Made by a program: the position numbers and the translations under genes | Origin: Azolla caroliniana | Lineage: Eukaryota > Plantae > Polypodiophyta | Reading direction: 5' to 3' | Assembly: GCA_043228905.1 (NCBI GenBank) | Contig: JBHGNT010000014.1 | Coordinates: 15,066,001 to 15,130,000 of the forward strand | DNA length: 64,000 bases | Shown: piece after piece, positions 1 to 14,094 of the stretch | How the letters are laid out: each line of letters opens with the position of its first letter | Numbering within the stretch: the stretch's first letter is position 1 | Notes under the pieces: model-generated | What the model was told of the DNA's origin: nothing | The model's input: only the letters and a program-made list of their open reading frames with translations | Databases searched by the model: none

Positions 1-362
1 TCATATGCCTATGTAGGGAGAGGGACGTCATGTAATGTCATTAAAAAACCTGAATATGCATTTGAGGAAATGATCCCCGCATGCTCTAACATCCAAAAAT
101 TCCACATGAGAATACCTTTCAGCTTCTTTAGATAGGCTTTCACCCCATGTCTATTATCAAACATGAAAGCATTACGCATATTCCAATTGTGTTGTAGCCC
201 CCAATAGCGTAAAATTTGGAACAATATCTCCATCTCATCATTTGATTCAACCATTTTGAACATATTGACTCTCTCTCTCTCTCTCCATTAAGTTGTTACA
301 CGACGATTAGACCTAGCTCTAGGGTTCGAAACCCAAATTCCCACCTCTCTATTATTCCATAC

Positions 363-464
363 ATATCCTCTTGATTTACTAGATGCCAAGTGGAATGTAG
401 GGCCTGCACCCATGACTTCCTGGTCTCCATTTGGCAACCTTACTAATTGAGCTACATCCATCTG

Positions 465-505
<41 letters not shown>

Positions 506-633
506 GGCATTACACCATGGGCACCCATGCATATCTCTTAATTTACTAATGCTAAGTGGAATGTAGGGGCTACACCCATGACCTCCTGGTCTCCATTGAG
601 CATCTTTACTAATTGAGTTACATCCATCTGGGC
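363..633. repeat. Diverged ~105-bp direct duplication (about 363-468 and 530-633), each copy followed by a microsatellite
   Basis: catatc(c)tctt.atttacta..tgc.aagtggaatgtaggg.ct.cacccatgac.tcctggtctccatt...tactaattgag.tacatccatctgg occurs twice. Confidence 0.85.
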
Positions 634-744
634 TTTGTGTGTGTGTGTGTGTGTGTGTGTATTTGTTCAAACTTCTATTCAGCCGACTTCCATTCGACCA
701 AATCCCATGTCTCATGGGCCAATTTTGGCCTTAGAAGACGTTAA

Positions 745-836
<92 letters not shown>
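467..836. repeat. Microsatellite cluster: (CT)n 467-503, (TG)n 636-660, (TC)n 747-836
   Basis: Directly visible dinucleotide runs. Confidence 0.97.
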
Positions 837-838
<2 letters not shown>

Positions 839-3073
839 GACATTGAACCATGGGCAAGGTTCCGTCGCATATATCACAATTACTATCCCATGGACATTCA
901 TCTATCACCCAAATATGAAGATATGCAAGGTATGTAATGAAAACTTGGCAGATGAATGAATGTCATTTACTTATCGCATGCTCAACGTATTAGGTAATTC
1001 ACAAGAGATATGATGACTTGTTAGATGGGCACAATAATGTAAGTGTCATACTTTTACCTCAAAATATTAACCCCCAGTCAAATACAATGGTGCATAGGTC
1101 GAATTTGGACCCATGATGGACGATAAAACATCTATTTTATTCTAATCTCTCTCAAAAAATTGAGAGAACTTTGCATTTGATCCTTGCCATGCGCTAGGCC
1201 CTACTTCATTGATCACAATCGGTCTCTTGGAAACATCATAAAGATATCTATCTGCCCACCATAATTCTCTCGTTGTATAATCAATCATGTGAATTGAAGG
1301 TAAAATAGACAAGGAGTTTGATTACATTTTCATTAAATTTGACATTACCCTTGCATATTATATTAGGAGTTTATTGAGTTCTCATTCCAACCAAACATAG
1401 GATGAAAATCCACGTTGAGGCCATTGGTCACAATAAAATGTAGGCGGACAACTCTTTGGCTTACTTGTGAATGAACAAAAAGAAGAGATGAGTGGACAAA
1501 TAGGAAGTATGAGGAATAACATAACATGCGACCCAAACAAAACAAAATCATTGGTTGTAATAAAAGTGAGGGGGACAAATAAATAATAAAGAGGACAAGG
1601 AAGGCACTTGCATCATGCCAATCAAGCTTAAGCATGTCCAAGAATACCCAAACATTTTCAATTACCCATTTGGGTATCCATCTTACATGAAGGTCTTTTT
1701 TTATTCTCGATGTCTAGTTGTACAAATCAGTTAGTCATAAGGTTACCACATAACCATTAACCGAGATGGTTATGGATTACCTCCTCAAAAGTGGTAGCCT
1801 ATGGCTTGATCCATAGAACTATGCATATCATTCTGATTGTAATATTAAGGTATGCACCAAAGGTTGTCAAGCATTGTATGGGTTGTTTATATAGTCGATG
1901 GGTCCCAACTTAGGATTACATTTTTGTGGATGGTAATACTCCATCATTCTCCGAGCTTTATTTAATTAATCATGTTTGTTGTGTTAATTATGTGAGGAGA
2001 GAGTTTGGCCCTAACAGGATGTTCCCTTTCCTCTCATATCAATGGAATATACTTTATCCCTTCGCTGATTCTTTTTAAAGTCTACATTATTTCTTCTTTG
2101 GTGTGATCTAACAAATCCTCCCCCCCCCCCCCCCCCCCTCTCACAACGATATATACAAAGCAAAGCAATTTGACTCTTATTTTGCAATATCCATGCGTGA
2201 AAATACGAGCTACCGAGAAATATGAATACTCTAAATCTTGGAGACTCTTCGAAAAGCTAGAACATATGAAAGTTATAAACGCTCTTTTGTATTAACTGGC
2301 TATCACTAATACTATAAAAAAGTCATGTCATTAGATCAGTCTCTCCCCACATAAAAGTGAGTTGTCAAACAAGCAATAAAGTGAACCCATCTCTTGCACA
2401 ATCCATGTGCCAAGGATGAGCTGTCCAGAAATATGACATGCCTAAAAGCGCAAATATACATATGAAAGTTAGAGACGTTCTATATTAAATAAATGCCACT
2501 AATTACATAAAGCCCGTGATTAGTATTTAATTAAATGTACACTCACATTCTTTCCCGCTTCCACTCATTTGTTTAGATTCGTTTCACACCAATCAACGCA
2601 TTGTTTAGTACACTACTTTGCATTACCTCACTTCCTTTTTAAAGTATACATTATTATTATCATTGCCTCAACAATGTTTATTATTTTGAACCCTTGGGTT
2701 GGGAACTATGACATGTAATTTGATGAATCTTGTGTCAAAATAAATAAATATTTCACAAAAAAATAGTGTCACTCGTTATCTCAAAGTTTACTTCCGTCTA
2801 CCACTTTCCGTGCCTGAAAATATGGAAATCGAATTTCAAACTTTGTAATCATTTCGTGGAATACAAACATCCTCATATTAGAGAGAATAATAGATAAAAA
2901 CTAGGATATAGAATGGGGGGGGCAACATTTATGCATGTGTATTTGATTACCTTGGCACCTGATATAAATAATATAGCTTTCTACTATGCATGAGGAAGTT
3001 GAAGTTTGTCCCCTACTCAAAGGAACATTCAAAAGGTAATTATGGATCATGATCTGCTATCCACACTCGCACC

Positions 3074-3598
3074 AGTTTTTTCCATGCATAGCTATGTTAT
3101 GCTAATTGATCATGGTTTAGGGTTTGTGCTACTCTTGTCAAGGTATACTATAATTGAGGATGCAATTTTTTTGCGAGCTCTAAGTTATCATTAATTTAGA
3201 TATTGAATTTGCATAGGCATACTCTATAAATTAAAACATAGTTTTCTTTCTGAAATTCAAAAATGTTGCCCCTAGGGCCATCTCATAATATCTAGGGGTC
3301 ATATCGTATTATTTAACATCATATTATTTGTCTACTTATGTACTTGCACGAGTTTTTTCCACGCATAGCTATGTTATGCTAATTGATCATGGTTTAGGGT
3401 TTGTGCTACTCTTGTCAAGGTATACTATAATTGAGGACACAATTTTTTTGCGAGCTCTAAGTTATCATTAATTTAGATATTGAATTTGCATAGGCATACT
3501 CTATAAATTAAAACATAGATTTCTTTCTGAAATTCAAAAATGTTGCCCCTAGGGCCATCTCGTATTATTTAACATCATATTATTTGTCTACTTATGTA
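3074..3598. repeat. Near-identical tandem duplication, period 277 bp
   Basis: agttttttcca.gcatagctatgttatgc...tctacttatgta starts at 3074 and at 3351; the first copy has about 21 extra bp. Confidence 0.92.
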
Positions 3599-5578
3599 TC
3601 GACTCTAAGCTACATGCGACTTCTTATGTGCATTTTCAATATTCCATGGAGTCAAATCAATCTCCTATATTGGTTTCAATATTTTAGGACAACCATTGTT
3701 TAAATGCTTCTATATCGTTCCTATTCTGAAAGGGCGCCCTTTTATCTAATGTGGAACTTCGTCATTGATGAGCATACACATCATTGTGAGAAGACATGAC
3801 ATAATATCTATGTAGTGCTGCGTGTACTTAAGAATTCCTTTACATGAATGTTGATATGTAAACCTTTGACTATTTTTGGACATTGATAACATCAGCAATT
3901 ATGCCATCATATCTATCACCATGTTATGCATGAACAATTAACAATATCTCCGCCCTTCCATCGTTAAACCAATCATATTCAAATCCCTCTTTTTACATAT
4001 TTAACTTTATATATTATATACTCTTGACACAAAATGCCACCTAGTCATGGATCTTAGCACTCTTGTAAGCAAATATTGCATATCATTCATGGTAACCAAC
4101 CAACATATCTCGTCTCATTTTTTTATATTCCCAAATTTATACAATGTACACATGACAATGTTATTTCCCCCTAAAACAAAGGTTGGAAGATTAACTCGTT
4201 AGCATAAATATATTTATAACAGTTTTGGTTAGCTCTTTGATTTATATATCTAAATGGCTATATATCGATGATCATTTTGGTTAGTTCTTTGATTCATATA
4301 TCTAATTTCACTTACTATGGCTGTATATCGTTGCACATGATCATATATCTCTAATACAAGTATATAGTGTATGATTTGTGCAAAGTATTTTATTAGGGTT
4401 GCTCCCCCTAAGGTGATGTGATGATTGCTATATCCAATTTTCCCATCAATATCATGGCATGTTTTAAATTCTTGAGCAAGAATGATTCCTATTTTATATC
4501 TTTGTCATCGCGTCTATGTTCAAAAGTTAGGCACACCACACAGATTATTATATTTTCAACACTCACATCATGGTGAGTGGTTTCCCTGCTTCCAACAAGT
4601 CTTGTTATAATAGGCATGTTGCACCTTGAGACATTAACAATATCCAAGTCTTATAACCACTCCTAGTATGTTAGGGACATTAGGGGCAAACCCCATAAGC
4701 CTCATGCGGCATGGAGTACTCATTAAATAAAACAATATGTTTTTTTTGTAAACTCATTTGTAGCTATTAATAAGCAAATGTAAATTTGTTCTCATTCTTT
4801 TAAGAGTACTTGAATGACGAGAAGTTGCACAATATGGGAATATCATAAGGTTTTGTATAGTGACATTGACCCATTTGTAAACTAATCCATAGCTACATAA
4901 AAAAAACGTTATGTCATGTTGTAGGTTAATGAATTTTGATTAACCTCCAAGTTCAAGGCAATAACATGTATGCTAGGTATTGGCCATAATGTCTGAGAGC
5001 ACTAAAGGGTCCTCGTGAGAAGCAGAAGAGTTGAAAACAAAGTTTGTGTGACACATGACATTGTTATATGAACATTAGATGTTGTGGGGGTGAAGGATCA
5101 TAAGAAAGGGTGTTTTCATGCTCCTTGACCATCATTTGGAGTTGAATATTGCCAATCTCTTGTAAGTGAATATACATAATGATATATTTCATGTTATGAG
5201 TGTCATCAATAGGTTATTATGAGAATGCATTTATTCCAACAATGATCTTTTGTAATAATATGTCATGTCGTTTAAAATATTTCTATTAAAAAGTTAAATA
5301 ATTAATGTATAAACTCTTTAATGTTGTAAATTTATATGTCTCAAATCGACAATGATGATAAGATCTCCCAATAACTTCATTGTAGTGTATTTGGTTTCGT
5401 TTGTCCCTTTCGCTTCTTTGAGCTTTAATAACAAATTGCTTCAGTAATTGTTCGTTGCCACAAATGCAAAAACTTGCAAGTTTAGTTTCTTCTAACTTTA
5501 AGCACAATTCACATCAATGTATTGTTGGTTGGTAGAAATCCAAAGCATACCCAAGAAAGTCACGACGGAAATGAATAC

Positions 5579-8179
5579 ACCTCTTCTCCCTCAACTCATT
5601 CATCCATCCCAGATGGGTTTCGTTAGAAATCGGAGCATCCTAGACAACCTCTTCTCATTCTGGGAAGCATTAGCCCTTGCCAAGCGTACCAACAACAAGG
5701 TAGCGATGGTGCTACTAGATTTTGAGAAAGCATATGAAAGGGTTTGCTGGAACTTTCTTGAAAGTGTGATGGGGAAACTCGGCTTTCAAGAGACATGGAT
5801 CAAAGGCATTGTAGGACTTTATAGGAACGACAATAGTTGCGTTTCACTAGCAGGTGAAAGGGGCCCCTTTTTCCGAATATCCCGATCTGTACGACAAGGA
5901 TGCCCACTAGCTCCATCCTTATTTCTATTATACGCCGAGGCACTCTCTTGCTTTCTCAACTCGCGACATCTCAACCTATGTGGTCTTCCCATGCCTCATT
6001 CTCATCAAAGCATCCTGGATATAGAATTTGCAGATGACACAATGGTCTACCTGCAAGGGGACTTGGAAAACCTACAAAAGCTCGAAAGTGGGTTAGCCGT
6101 ATTTTGCAAGAGATCCAATGCCATGATCAATTGGCACAAATCCTGTGCTATATGGCTTTCTCATGAAACACATCCTGCGTGGAACCCACATCCCGATTTC
6201 AAATGGATCAATCAAGGAGCGAGCACCAAATACTTGGGTTTCCAAATTGGTTTCAACATACCGCCGGAGACTATGGTTGCACCTGTTATCCATTCCATTC
6301 GACAAAAGTTGATACATTGGAGTTCGAAAAAACTATCGTTAGTGGGTCGCATCACAGTGGCAAACCAGGTACTACTCGCAACAACATGGTACAATCTATC
6401 CTGTTGGACAATCTCCAAGGACAATATACATCAGATTCAACAACTGGTACGCAACTACATTTGGTATGGTAAGGAAGATAATGTAACTCGCGTCAAGGTG
6501 GCGTGGCCTGTACTCACAACACCTAAGTCGAGAGGGGGATTGGGTCTAGTTGATCCCCTCTCACAATCAAAAGCCTTACTTGCCAAATTTGTGGTGCAAG
6601 GACTCCAACCAGGAAATGACTGTTGGAAAATGCTACTGCGGTTATGTTTCGCTTACTTTAGGCCACGAAAAGGGGTTAATTGGGTCCCCCAAACAGGATG
6701 GATTCTAAACATGGATCTCAAACCTAGTTTCTCCTGCCAATTGGAGGATAGATTCAGTGTATCCATGTGGAAGGCATGGTGTGACATTAGATGAGGGCTC
6801 AAGTGCGATCAACCAAGTTCCGAACCCATGTATCAACGTATCCTATGGAACCCATGTATCAAGGATGAATCTAATCAACTACTTGGATCAAGTAAGGGGT
6901 TGTCATGGGGATACATTGTAGAAGGTCCGGGAAAAAGTATAGAATGTTGGAGACGGTTTATGTCACTGCCACTACAAGATCAAGCCAACATACTCCATGG
7001 CATCAGGGGCAGATGGACTATGAAATCAGAAATCAATAATGCTCTATTGATTAGGGAAGCTGCTACTCATAGGACGACAATGGAGAAATGGATAGGCTAC
7101 GAGGAGGAGGGATCTTTGATCCCGAGAGGTAGGGGATCACCAGACAGGATCGAAGGCTCTGAATTGTGAGACATTGAGCCACCAACACAGAATAATGCAA
7201 TTCGAGTACTCGTGTATACTGGTCATAAATGGATTGTAGATCCTGATCCGATCAAAGTACAACCCGATTGGCACATATGTACTCATGAAAACACATGGCT
7301 ACGCAAGGTCAGTTGGGACCCTTTGCAATGGACATGGCGTGATCCTTACGCGAAGCAAGGAAGCAAACCCATCCCGTTCTTCCAATTCACAACTAGATTG
7401 GGTGTCACCACATCCTAGCTGCTCAAACTGCCTGAGAGCCGGCTGTTGCAAAGGTCTGGCACACATATCAAGTTCCTCACACAATTATCACCAAGTTTTG
7501 GCAGAAAGTCTGGAAACAACAACACGCGAGGCGAATTACCACATTCCAGTGGCTATTAATACATAAGTCACTACTGGTGGGAGCATGGCAACGTGGGAAC
7601 CTTAGCTCTCCTAATTGTGTAAAGTGTCCAAATATAGTAGAATCAATACGACACGCTCTGTGGGACTGCCCAACATCCCATCGAATATGGTGGGGGGTTG
7701 GCTGCTTGTTGCAATTATGCCAGGTGCAAGGCTCAATCAAGTGGGGAAATATATGTTGGCTATCATGGCAGACCCCAGTTGGCAGATACGAGCATCAGGA
7801 GGAGGGGACGACTTTGGTGATAAAAGCACAAGAGGTTTTTTTCTCCACCATCGACAATGTCCACTCAACTCCTATTAATGACAAATCTCAAGTTGTGTTG
7901 GAATTGGTCAGCCCAATAACTCTTTGGATTCTATGGAAACAACGGTGTAGATGGGTCTTCTCCAACCAAACCGTGCATCCAACAATGTTACTACAAGAGA
8001 TATGGAGTGAAATTGTAGCCACTCTAAAGAGCCAATATGATGGCCTCAAGGGCATCTCCGATGGAGTTGAAAGACAACGAATAGCCTTTATCCAACAATG
8101 GTCGTCCTCTCCCTTTCTTGAGTTAGTGGGCATCCACATAAGATGGAACTATCGCGTCCCTACAGGGATTTGTACATAA
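5579..8179 (+). mobile_element. 5'-truncated, degenerate L1-clade LINE ORF2 (RT + zf-RVT CCHC)
   Basis: IHPSQMGFV..RSILDN, LDFEKAYERV, SVRQGCPLAP, FADD, TPKSRGGLGL motifs (ORF 5517-6794); C-terminal CVKCPNIVESIRHALWDC and LWILWKQRC (7577-8179); stops and frameshifts in between; no endonuclease or ORF1; no TSD found. Confidence 0.92.
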
Positions 8180-10059
8180 TCATTTCATTCGTAAAATTTT
8201 ATAACTAATGGAAGGAGTTTTTTTTTGGAAAAAATAAAAACTTTAACGATTAAACCTAAGGAGATTTCTGACCTTGTTCTTGATCCTATGTGGAGGCATC
8301 CTATGTTTGTTGTTTCATTCATGATTGATATTGGTTCCAAATTCCTATTTAACAATTGTATTATTTTTTAATTGATATGTACCTATCGTATTGATATGAA
8401 GGTGCTAGCACATTGTGCTATTACACATCACGTCTTATTTTTCAGCGTTCCTTTCAATAAAACCATTTTTAGGAGCAAATTGTTTATGCACACGATCTCA
8501 ATTTGAAAACATGAATACCATTTACATCAGGGACATTGCATAAGACTTGAGTCTTGAACCCACAAACCTAAGCAATTGTTAACATTACACCATCATGACT
8601 ATATATTTAAATACGAAATTTCCTTAACGGGAACCTATGAAATGATAAGTCGTTAGAGAATGCTCAAGGTCTCTCATATGACACATCTACAAATGCAAAG
8701 TTTTCCATTTTTCTTTATTGCAAAATGACTCACATTTTGTTTCTTGTGATGATTTATAGATCCACACATTGCCACCTCATTATGTGTACAATTGTGTCAT
8801 TGCGCATTCGTACCTCACTATTGAAAGGAGTGTGCACCTTGCAAGTAAGCAAGAATGCCATGATCCACTTCTCTTTGTTCATTCAGTGGATAAATAAACA
8901 AGAACCTTGGCACTCAATCTTAAGACAAATACATAATATTTTCTTTTTCATTGCTTTTTTCAAGCTCATTGCATTCTTTTGGAACAACTAGTGTTGGTAG
9001 AATCGGTGGCTTAACCTTTATTGAAGATATTAATATAGGATTTCATTGATCTTGAGATTGGCAAAATTGGTATAACCATGATACCATCCCATTCATCATG
9101 TGACGCCAACTCCAAGATAATAATATTTTTGTTCTTTCATAAAGATAAATACGGGGCAAAAAGCATATAACCAATCCCAAGCTCATGTAAGTTTTCTACG
9201 AACTTTGAAAAAGCCTCCACTTTTTAGTTACATGAAGGTCTAAATATACAACCATGAAAGGCACCTTCAAAATGTTCTCGCTTTTTGAGTATTTAGCATT
9301 AAACCATGTAGAGGACCTCTAAAAAGCAGTTAGAAAAAATCTTATCCTATAAACCCTTTAAGAGAAATGCATATGAGACGTGTGCATCTGTGCTTGGTTT
9401 CATCTTGAGGAGTACCCTTGTTTCAGGGTTTATGATATTGATTGCATGTGTGAGATTGTACACTAAATTATCATATCAATAACGAGAGGTAGCTTTGATG
9501 GGCTAATAGATTGGTATAATATTATGAGGCACACTTTTAATTTTTGTGTCCTGGTTTACATTTTCTTAAAAGCATCTCAATTTATTAGTATACAATTAAA
9601 GTTCAACGAATTGCTTCATACATTGGCACTTCCTAAAGTTATAAAATTTAGATTGATTGTGGAAGCATGTTTCTTTATTGTTTTCAAGAAGTTTTTGCAA
9701 TGTTCTTTTACGATGAGATACAATAGTTGACTTTTTTTTATCACTAGATGTGGTTGGTTGTTTTTCTAGATTACTTCGGGCAATGTTATAGCAAAATGAA
9801 TAGATGATTGTGATGTACTATTAATTCTTACATTTTCTACCTTATATATCCTGTATGTTAGTTCATAGTTGAACACATAAGAGGGAATGCATCACAATGT
9901 TTATTCCAAAACTTGATGCCAAAGTTGATTACGTGCAAATACAAGCCGCGCCATAATGTATATGTAAGTACACATGGGTTTTAGATTATTAAAGCTTTGG
10001 ACTACTTGTAACATGGGCTTTATTCATAATTGAGATTTGAGGTTTACTACTATGCATTT

Positions 10060-10275
10060 AAGAACAATCAAATGTTGTTATTTCAAGATATACACGTTTG
10101 ACTCTTTGATTACACCAATGATTATGTATCAGGTTGAAGTATGGGGGGTCACATATCTAAAACCACTTGAAAAGAGCTTGAAAAGGTCCAAAAGTGTTTT
10201 TCTGATCAAGTTTCTTCAAGTCAATAAACATTAGTTATACATGCTCCTATTTCTTGAGACGGGGTCACTTCATTT
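10060..10275 (+). mobile_element. Small degenerate non-LTR (RTE-like) retrotransposon fragment, post-RT region
   Basis: FDSLITPMIMYQVEVWG, then (frameshifted) KELEKVQKCFLIKFLQVNK..LLFLETGSL; resembles the FDxLVxPxLxYGxEVWG motif downstream of RT in RTE-type LINEs (recognised from memory, not searched). Confidence 0.6.
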
Positions 10276-11384
10276 TTAATTTTCAAGAGCACAATGCCAT
10301 GATGTTTTCGACACATAGTGTGAAATCACCCGAGACAATAAATAAAATAGTAGTACAAATAAGCCGAATGTGCCACAAAGATGAATTGATGTAAGGCAAT
10401 ATTTGAACCTTGCACCCTAAAGGAAGGCCCCAATTGTATTTACCAATAGGGCAACAATTTATTAAATGCTTTACTTTTTCGTAGATCCACTTTACATATT
10501 AAAATTGCATTGAAAACAACTAAAACAAAACCACATGCACAAAACTAGGAATAAACAACGGTTCGATTTAGGCGAAACTGGCTTGGCCTAAACCAGTTTG
10601 GGACAAAAAACCTTTAGAGGTGCGAAGAAACCCAAAAAACATCACTACCACTTCCTCCTACTCTTCTTCTCCTCCTCATAACTCCCGTCCCCCTTGGCCT
10701 TACTACCGACGAGTCCTTCAACTCTGAGTCCCACCTCCACGACTCCCTCTTTGTAGACTACTACAATTGATCGGTTGATGTAACCCTTCCTGAACCTCTC
10801 GATTGCTATTGCCCATCCCTCAACCACCTTCATGTCGAGCTTGCCGTGTCCTAGGTCCTAGGTCCAATTCAGAGAGAATTGGAGTATAACAACGAGGTTC
10901 TTGTCGTCGTCCACTATGCAGTCTCTCTCTCGGTGAGAACATATATGACTCACCATTGCATTCAACTCTGCCTTTCTTGCCCTTTCCATACAACTTTCTT
11001 GCAACATTCCTCTTCTTAGTGGGCTCTTTTTTAAAGACATTAGGCATTCAACATACACACAAATGAGAATTAAGATATGCTAACTCAATTTGTGTTACCT
11101 GGATTGTTTTGATGTTGACCGGAGCTTGGGGAATTTGTTTGTAGAAGCATATGTTCCACTGCTCCAATGGCCCTTCTCATACATTCATCTTCATCATAAA
11201 ACTCATAGGTTACTGGTAATGATGGTCCCTGAACCTTGGAATGTGCAGCAGATACCGAGGGTTTAGGCACAGGGGCTTGACACTACAACATTCATTGCAA
11301 GAAACAAAAAAACCTTCAACGTTAGTACCATGATATAAAAAATACAATGTAGGTCACAAGAACTACATTACTAAATCATTAGGC

Positions 11385-12425
11385 TACACCTAGTTCCCAT
11401 ATTACACATCTAGTACTAATCGTGAACAATGTATTACTCACTTAGTTCCCAAATTACACAACTAGTACTAATCGTGAACAATGTACTACTCACTTAGTTC
11501 CCAAATTACACAACTATTACTAATCGTCAACAATGTACTACTCAGAAGAGATGTTACACAACTAGTACTAATCGTCAACAATGTACTACAAGTATAGTGT
11601 GTACTAACACTAGTACTAGGCACGTTGTAATATAGATTGGACTAACATCTAATCCAACAAATGTAGATTAGACTTTAGTTACTAACCTGGTATTTTGCAC
11701 ACAAGTAATACTAAACGTGATATGTGTTCTACACACCTAATTACATAACTAGTACTAATTACACACAATATTAATCTTCAATAGTATTAGTACTAAACGT
11801 GATATGTGTTTGACACACCTCATTTCCAAATTACACAAACTGTACTAATCTTCAGCAATTTACTATACACCTTGTTTCCAAATTATATAACTAGTACTAA
11901 TCGTGAACAATGTACTACACAACTAATTCCCAAATTACACAAATAGTACTAATAGTCAACAGTGTACTACAAGTATAGTGTGTACTAAACTAGTACTAGG
12001 CAAGTTGTAATATAGATTGGACGAACAACTTATCCAACAAATACATCTAAACAACTTCCTTCTTTAGTACTAAAGTGGTATTTTGCATACAAGTAGTACT
12101 AATCATGATATGTGCTCTACACTCCTAATTCCCAAATTACATGTTTAGTACTAATCGTTCACAATGTACTACATACCTTGTGCTCAAATTACATAACTAG
12201 TACCAATCTCGAACAATGTCACACATGGTTCCCAAATTACTCAAATAGTACTAATTTTGGAAAATATCCGATCAACTACCCATACCAATTATATATTAAG
12301 AGTACTGTCAATACTAACCCACATAAATAGGGTTCCACATATTAGTTGTTGGAGCTACACTAGTACTAATCCATTGTTTTCCTAAATTTGAAGTATGAAT
12401 TGTGGCGTACACTAGTTCTAATCCA
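11385..12425. repeat. Degenerate 52-bp minisatellite (ctagtactaatcgtgaacaatgtactactcacttagttcccaaattacacaa) with ~380-bp higher-order repeat
   Basis: Repeated tagtacta cores; the block tgtactacaagtatagtgtgtactaa...gttgtaatatagattggac occurs at about 11582 and 11963. Confidence 0.85.
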
Positions 12426-12984
12426 AATGTAAATTGACATCATATAATACAAACAATAGAATAGTAGAGCCACATACTGTACGGGTGTACTTTTAAACCC
12501 CAAGCATAGTACCACTCAGCAGCAAATGTAGTTTTACAGTCCATACATGTATTTTCTTTATGGAATCCTCACCTTGTCTCGGGATGTGGTGACCCCCAGG
12601 TTTTTATCAACCACTCTCTCAGCTCTTCATAAACTTCAGGTCGTGCTTGAAGGAAATAACGCCATCTGAGAGGTGTGTCTCGAATGATGGAGTGGCACAT
12701 CTTCTTTCCCTGAGTTGATGAGTTCATCACCCTTTCTCTTGTGGGTGTCTTCTTGCTTTCTTTGATAGGTGTCCTTTTTCTTTCCTTCATTGGTGTCTTC
12801 ACTTTCTCTTTCACCAATGTCTTCTTTATGGGTGTCCTTCTCGTCATTGTCCTAGTCTTCACTATTCTTGTTGAAAGAATATGCATGTACAAGAAGAAAA
12901 CTCATCAAAATACCATCAACAACTAGCAAATCATCATAGCCAACTCAATCTAAGTTGCATGTACAAGCCATGTCAAACACACAA

Positions 12985-13243
12985 AAACCCTAAACAGTCG
13001 GAAAAAAACTCATCCATGTCAAACACACACAAAATAAAAACAGATAGACAGGAAAGAAAATGAAAACATACCAGTTGGGCATGCAACACATAGAATATGA
13101 ATAATCAAACCCTAAACAGCCGGAAAAAAACTCATCCATGTCAAACACACAAAATACAAATAGACGAACAAGAAACACAAAGAAAACGAAAACATAGCAT
13201 TTGGGCATGCAACACATAGAATATGAATAATCGAACCCTAAAA
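12985..13243. repeat. ~120-bp direct repeat containing AAACCCTAA motifs
   Basis: aaccctaaacag.cggaaaaaaactcatccatgtcaaacacaca...gggcatgcaacacatagaatatgaataatc occurs twice. Confidence 0.85.
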
Positions 13244-13692
13244 ATGCAGCACAGAGAATACCTAGAGGTTGTACAAGTTGCAGATGGAACGATGGGTCGA
13301 AGGCAGATGGAGCCAAGGTCAAGGCAAAGGTACCACACCGTGTTGATTTCTTCACCTTGGGAGCACACCAAGTCAAGAAAATCACCTATATGCAAGAGGT
13401 TGTTGACGAGGCTGATGTAGAGGAGACAAACGAGCATATATAGAGAAAGCACATCAACAACAAGAACAACGAGCATAGAGGGGAAACAACAATCTCTGCA
13501 TATACAGAGTTCAGTGATCGTAGGGAAACAACAACAAAAATCGGCACAAGGGTAACACAACAAGAATTACACGGGGAAACAGAGAATCGAAGGTGGAGTG
13601 AGAGAGAGCAAGAGAGAAAGAGAGAGAGGTAGGTAATAGATATGTGTTTGATTTCTAACTTTCTGCCACTGTCTGACTGACAACTTTGAGAC

Positions 13693-13792
<100 letters not shown>

Positions 13793-14094
13793 CCAACTGA
13801 CACATTCGAAACCTTCTCCAGGTCTGCTTTCGTACAACTCTACCTAGGAGAATGAAGTTATAATTAATGTATTAAATACGACCTTGGGACACTTCGATTG
13901 TGACGTATAATATCTTTGTACATTCGTATTGAATTTGTTATTTGAATTTGAACCTCATTCAATGGATGATAATCCACTATTTTCTGCACTAATTGTTTTA
14001 TTTTCAATTTTTTATGTTTATTTTCTTCCTCGATTTAGTACTAAATTTTTGGCCAAAAGTTGGTACACCGTAGCATGCTTCGACCCTATAACGT

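Noticed and set aside
9-263. 84-aa minus-strand ORF at the window edge
   Set aside because: No recognisable motif; cannot be assigned
635-937. ORFs with SLSL/VCVC/HTHT runs (also 13386-13837 and 33392-33680)
   Set aside because: Translation artefacts of microsatellites
3700-5500. Possible decayed exons on the minus strand
   Set aside because: Stops in the frames I read and no identifiable homology
11385-12425. CRISPR-like look of regularly spaced palindromic repeats
   Set aside because: Intervening sequences are themselves repeated, not unique spacers; no cas genes; eukaryotic context
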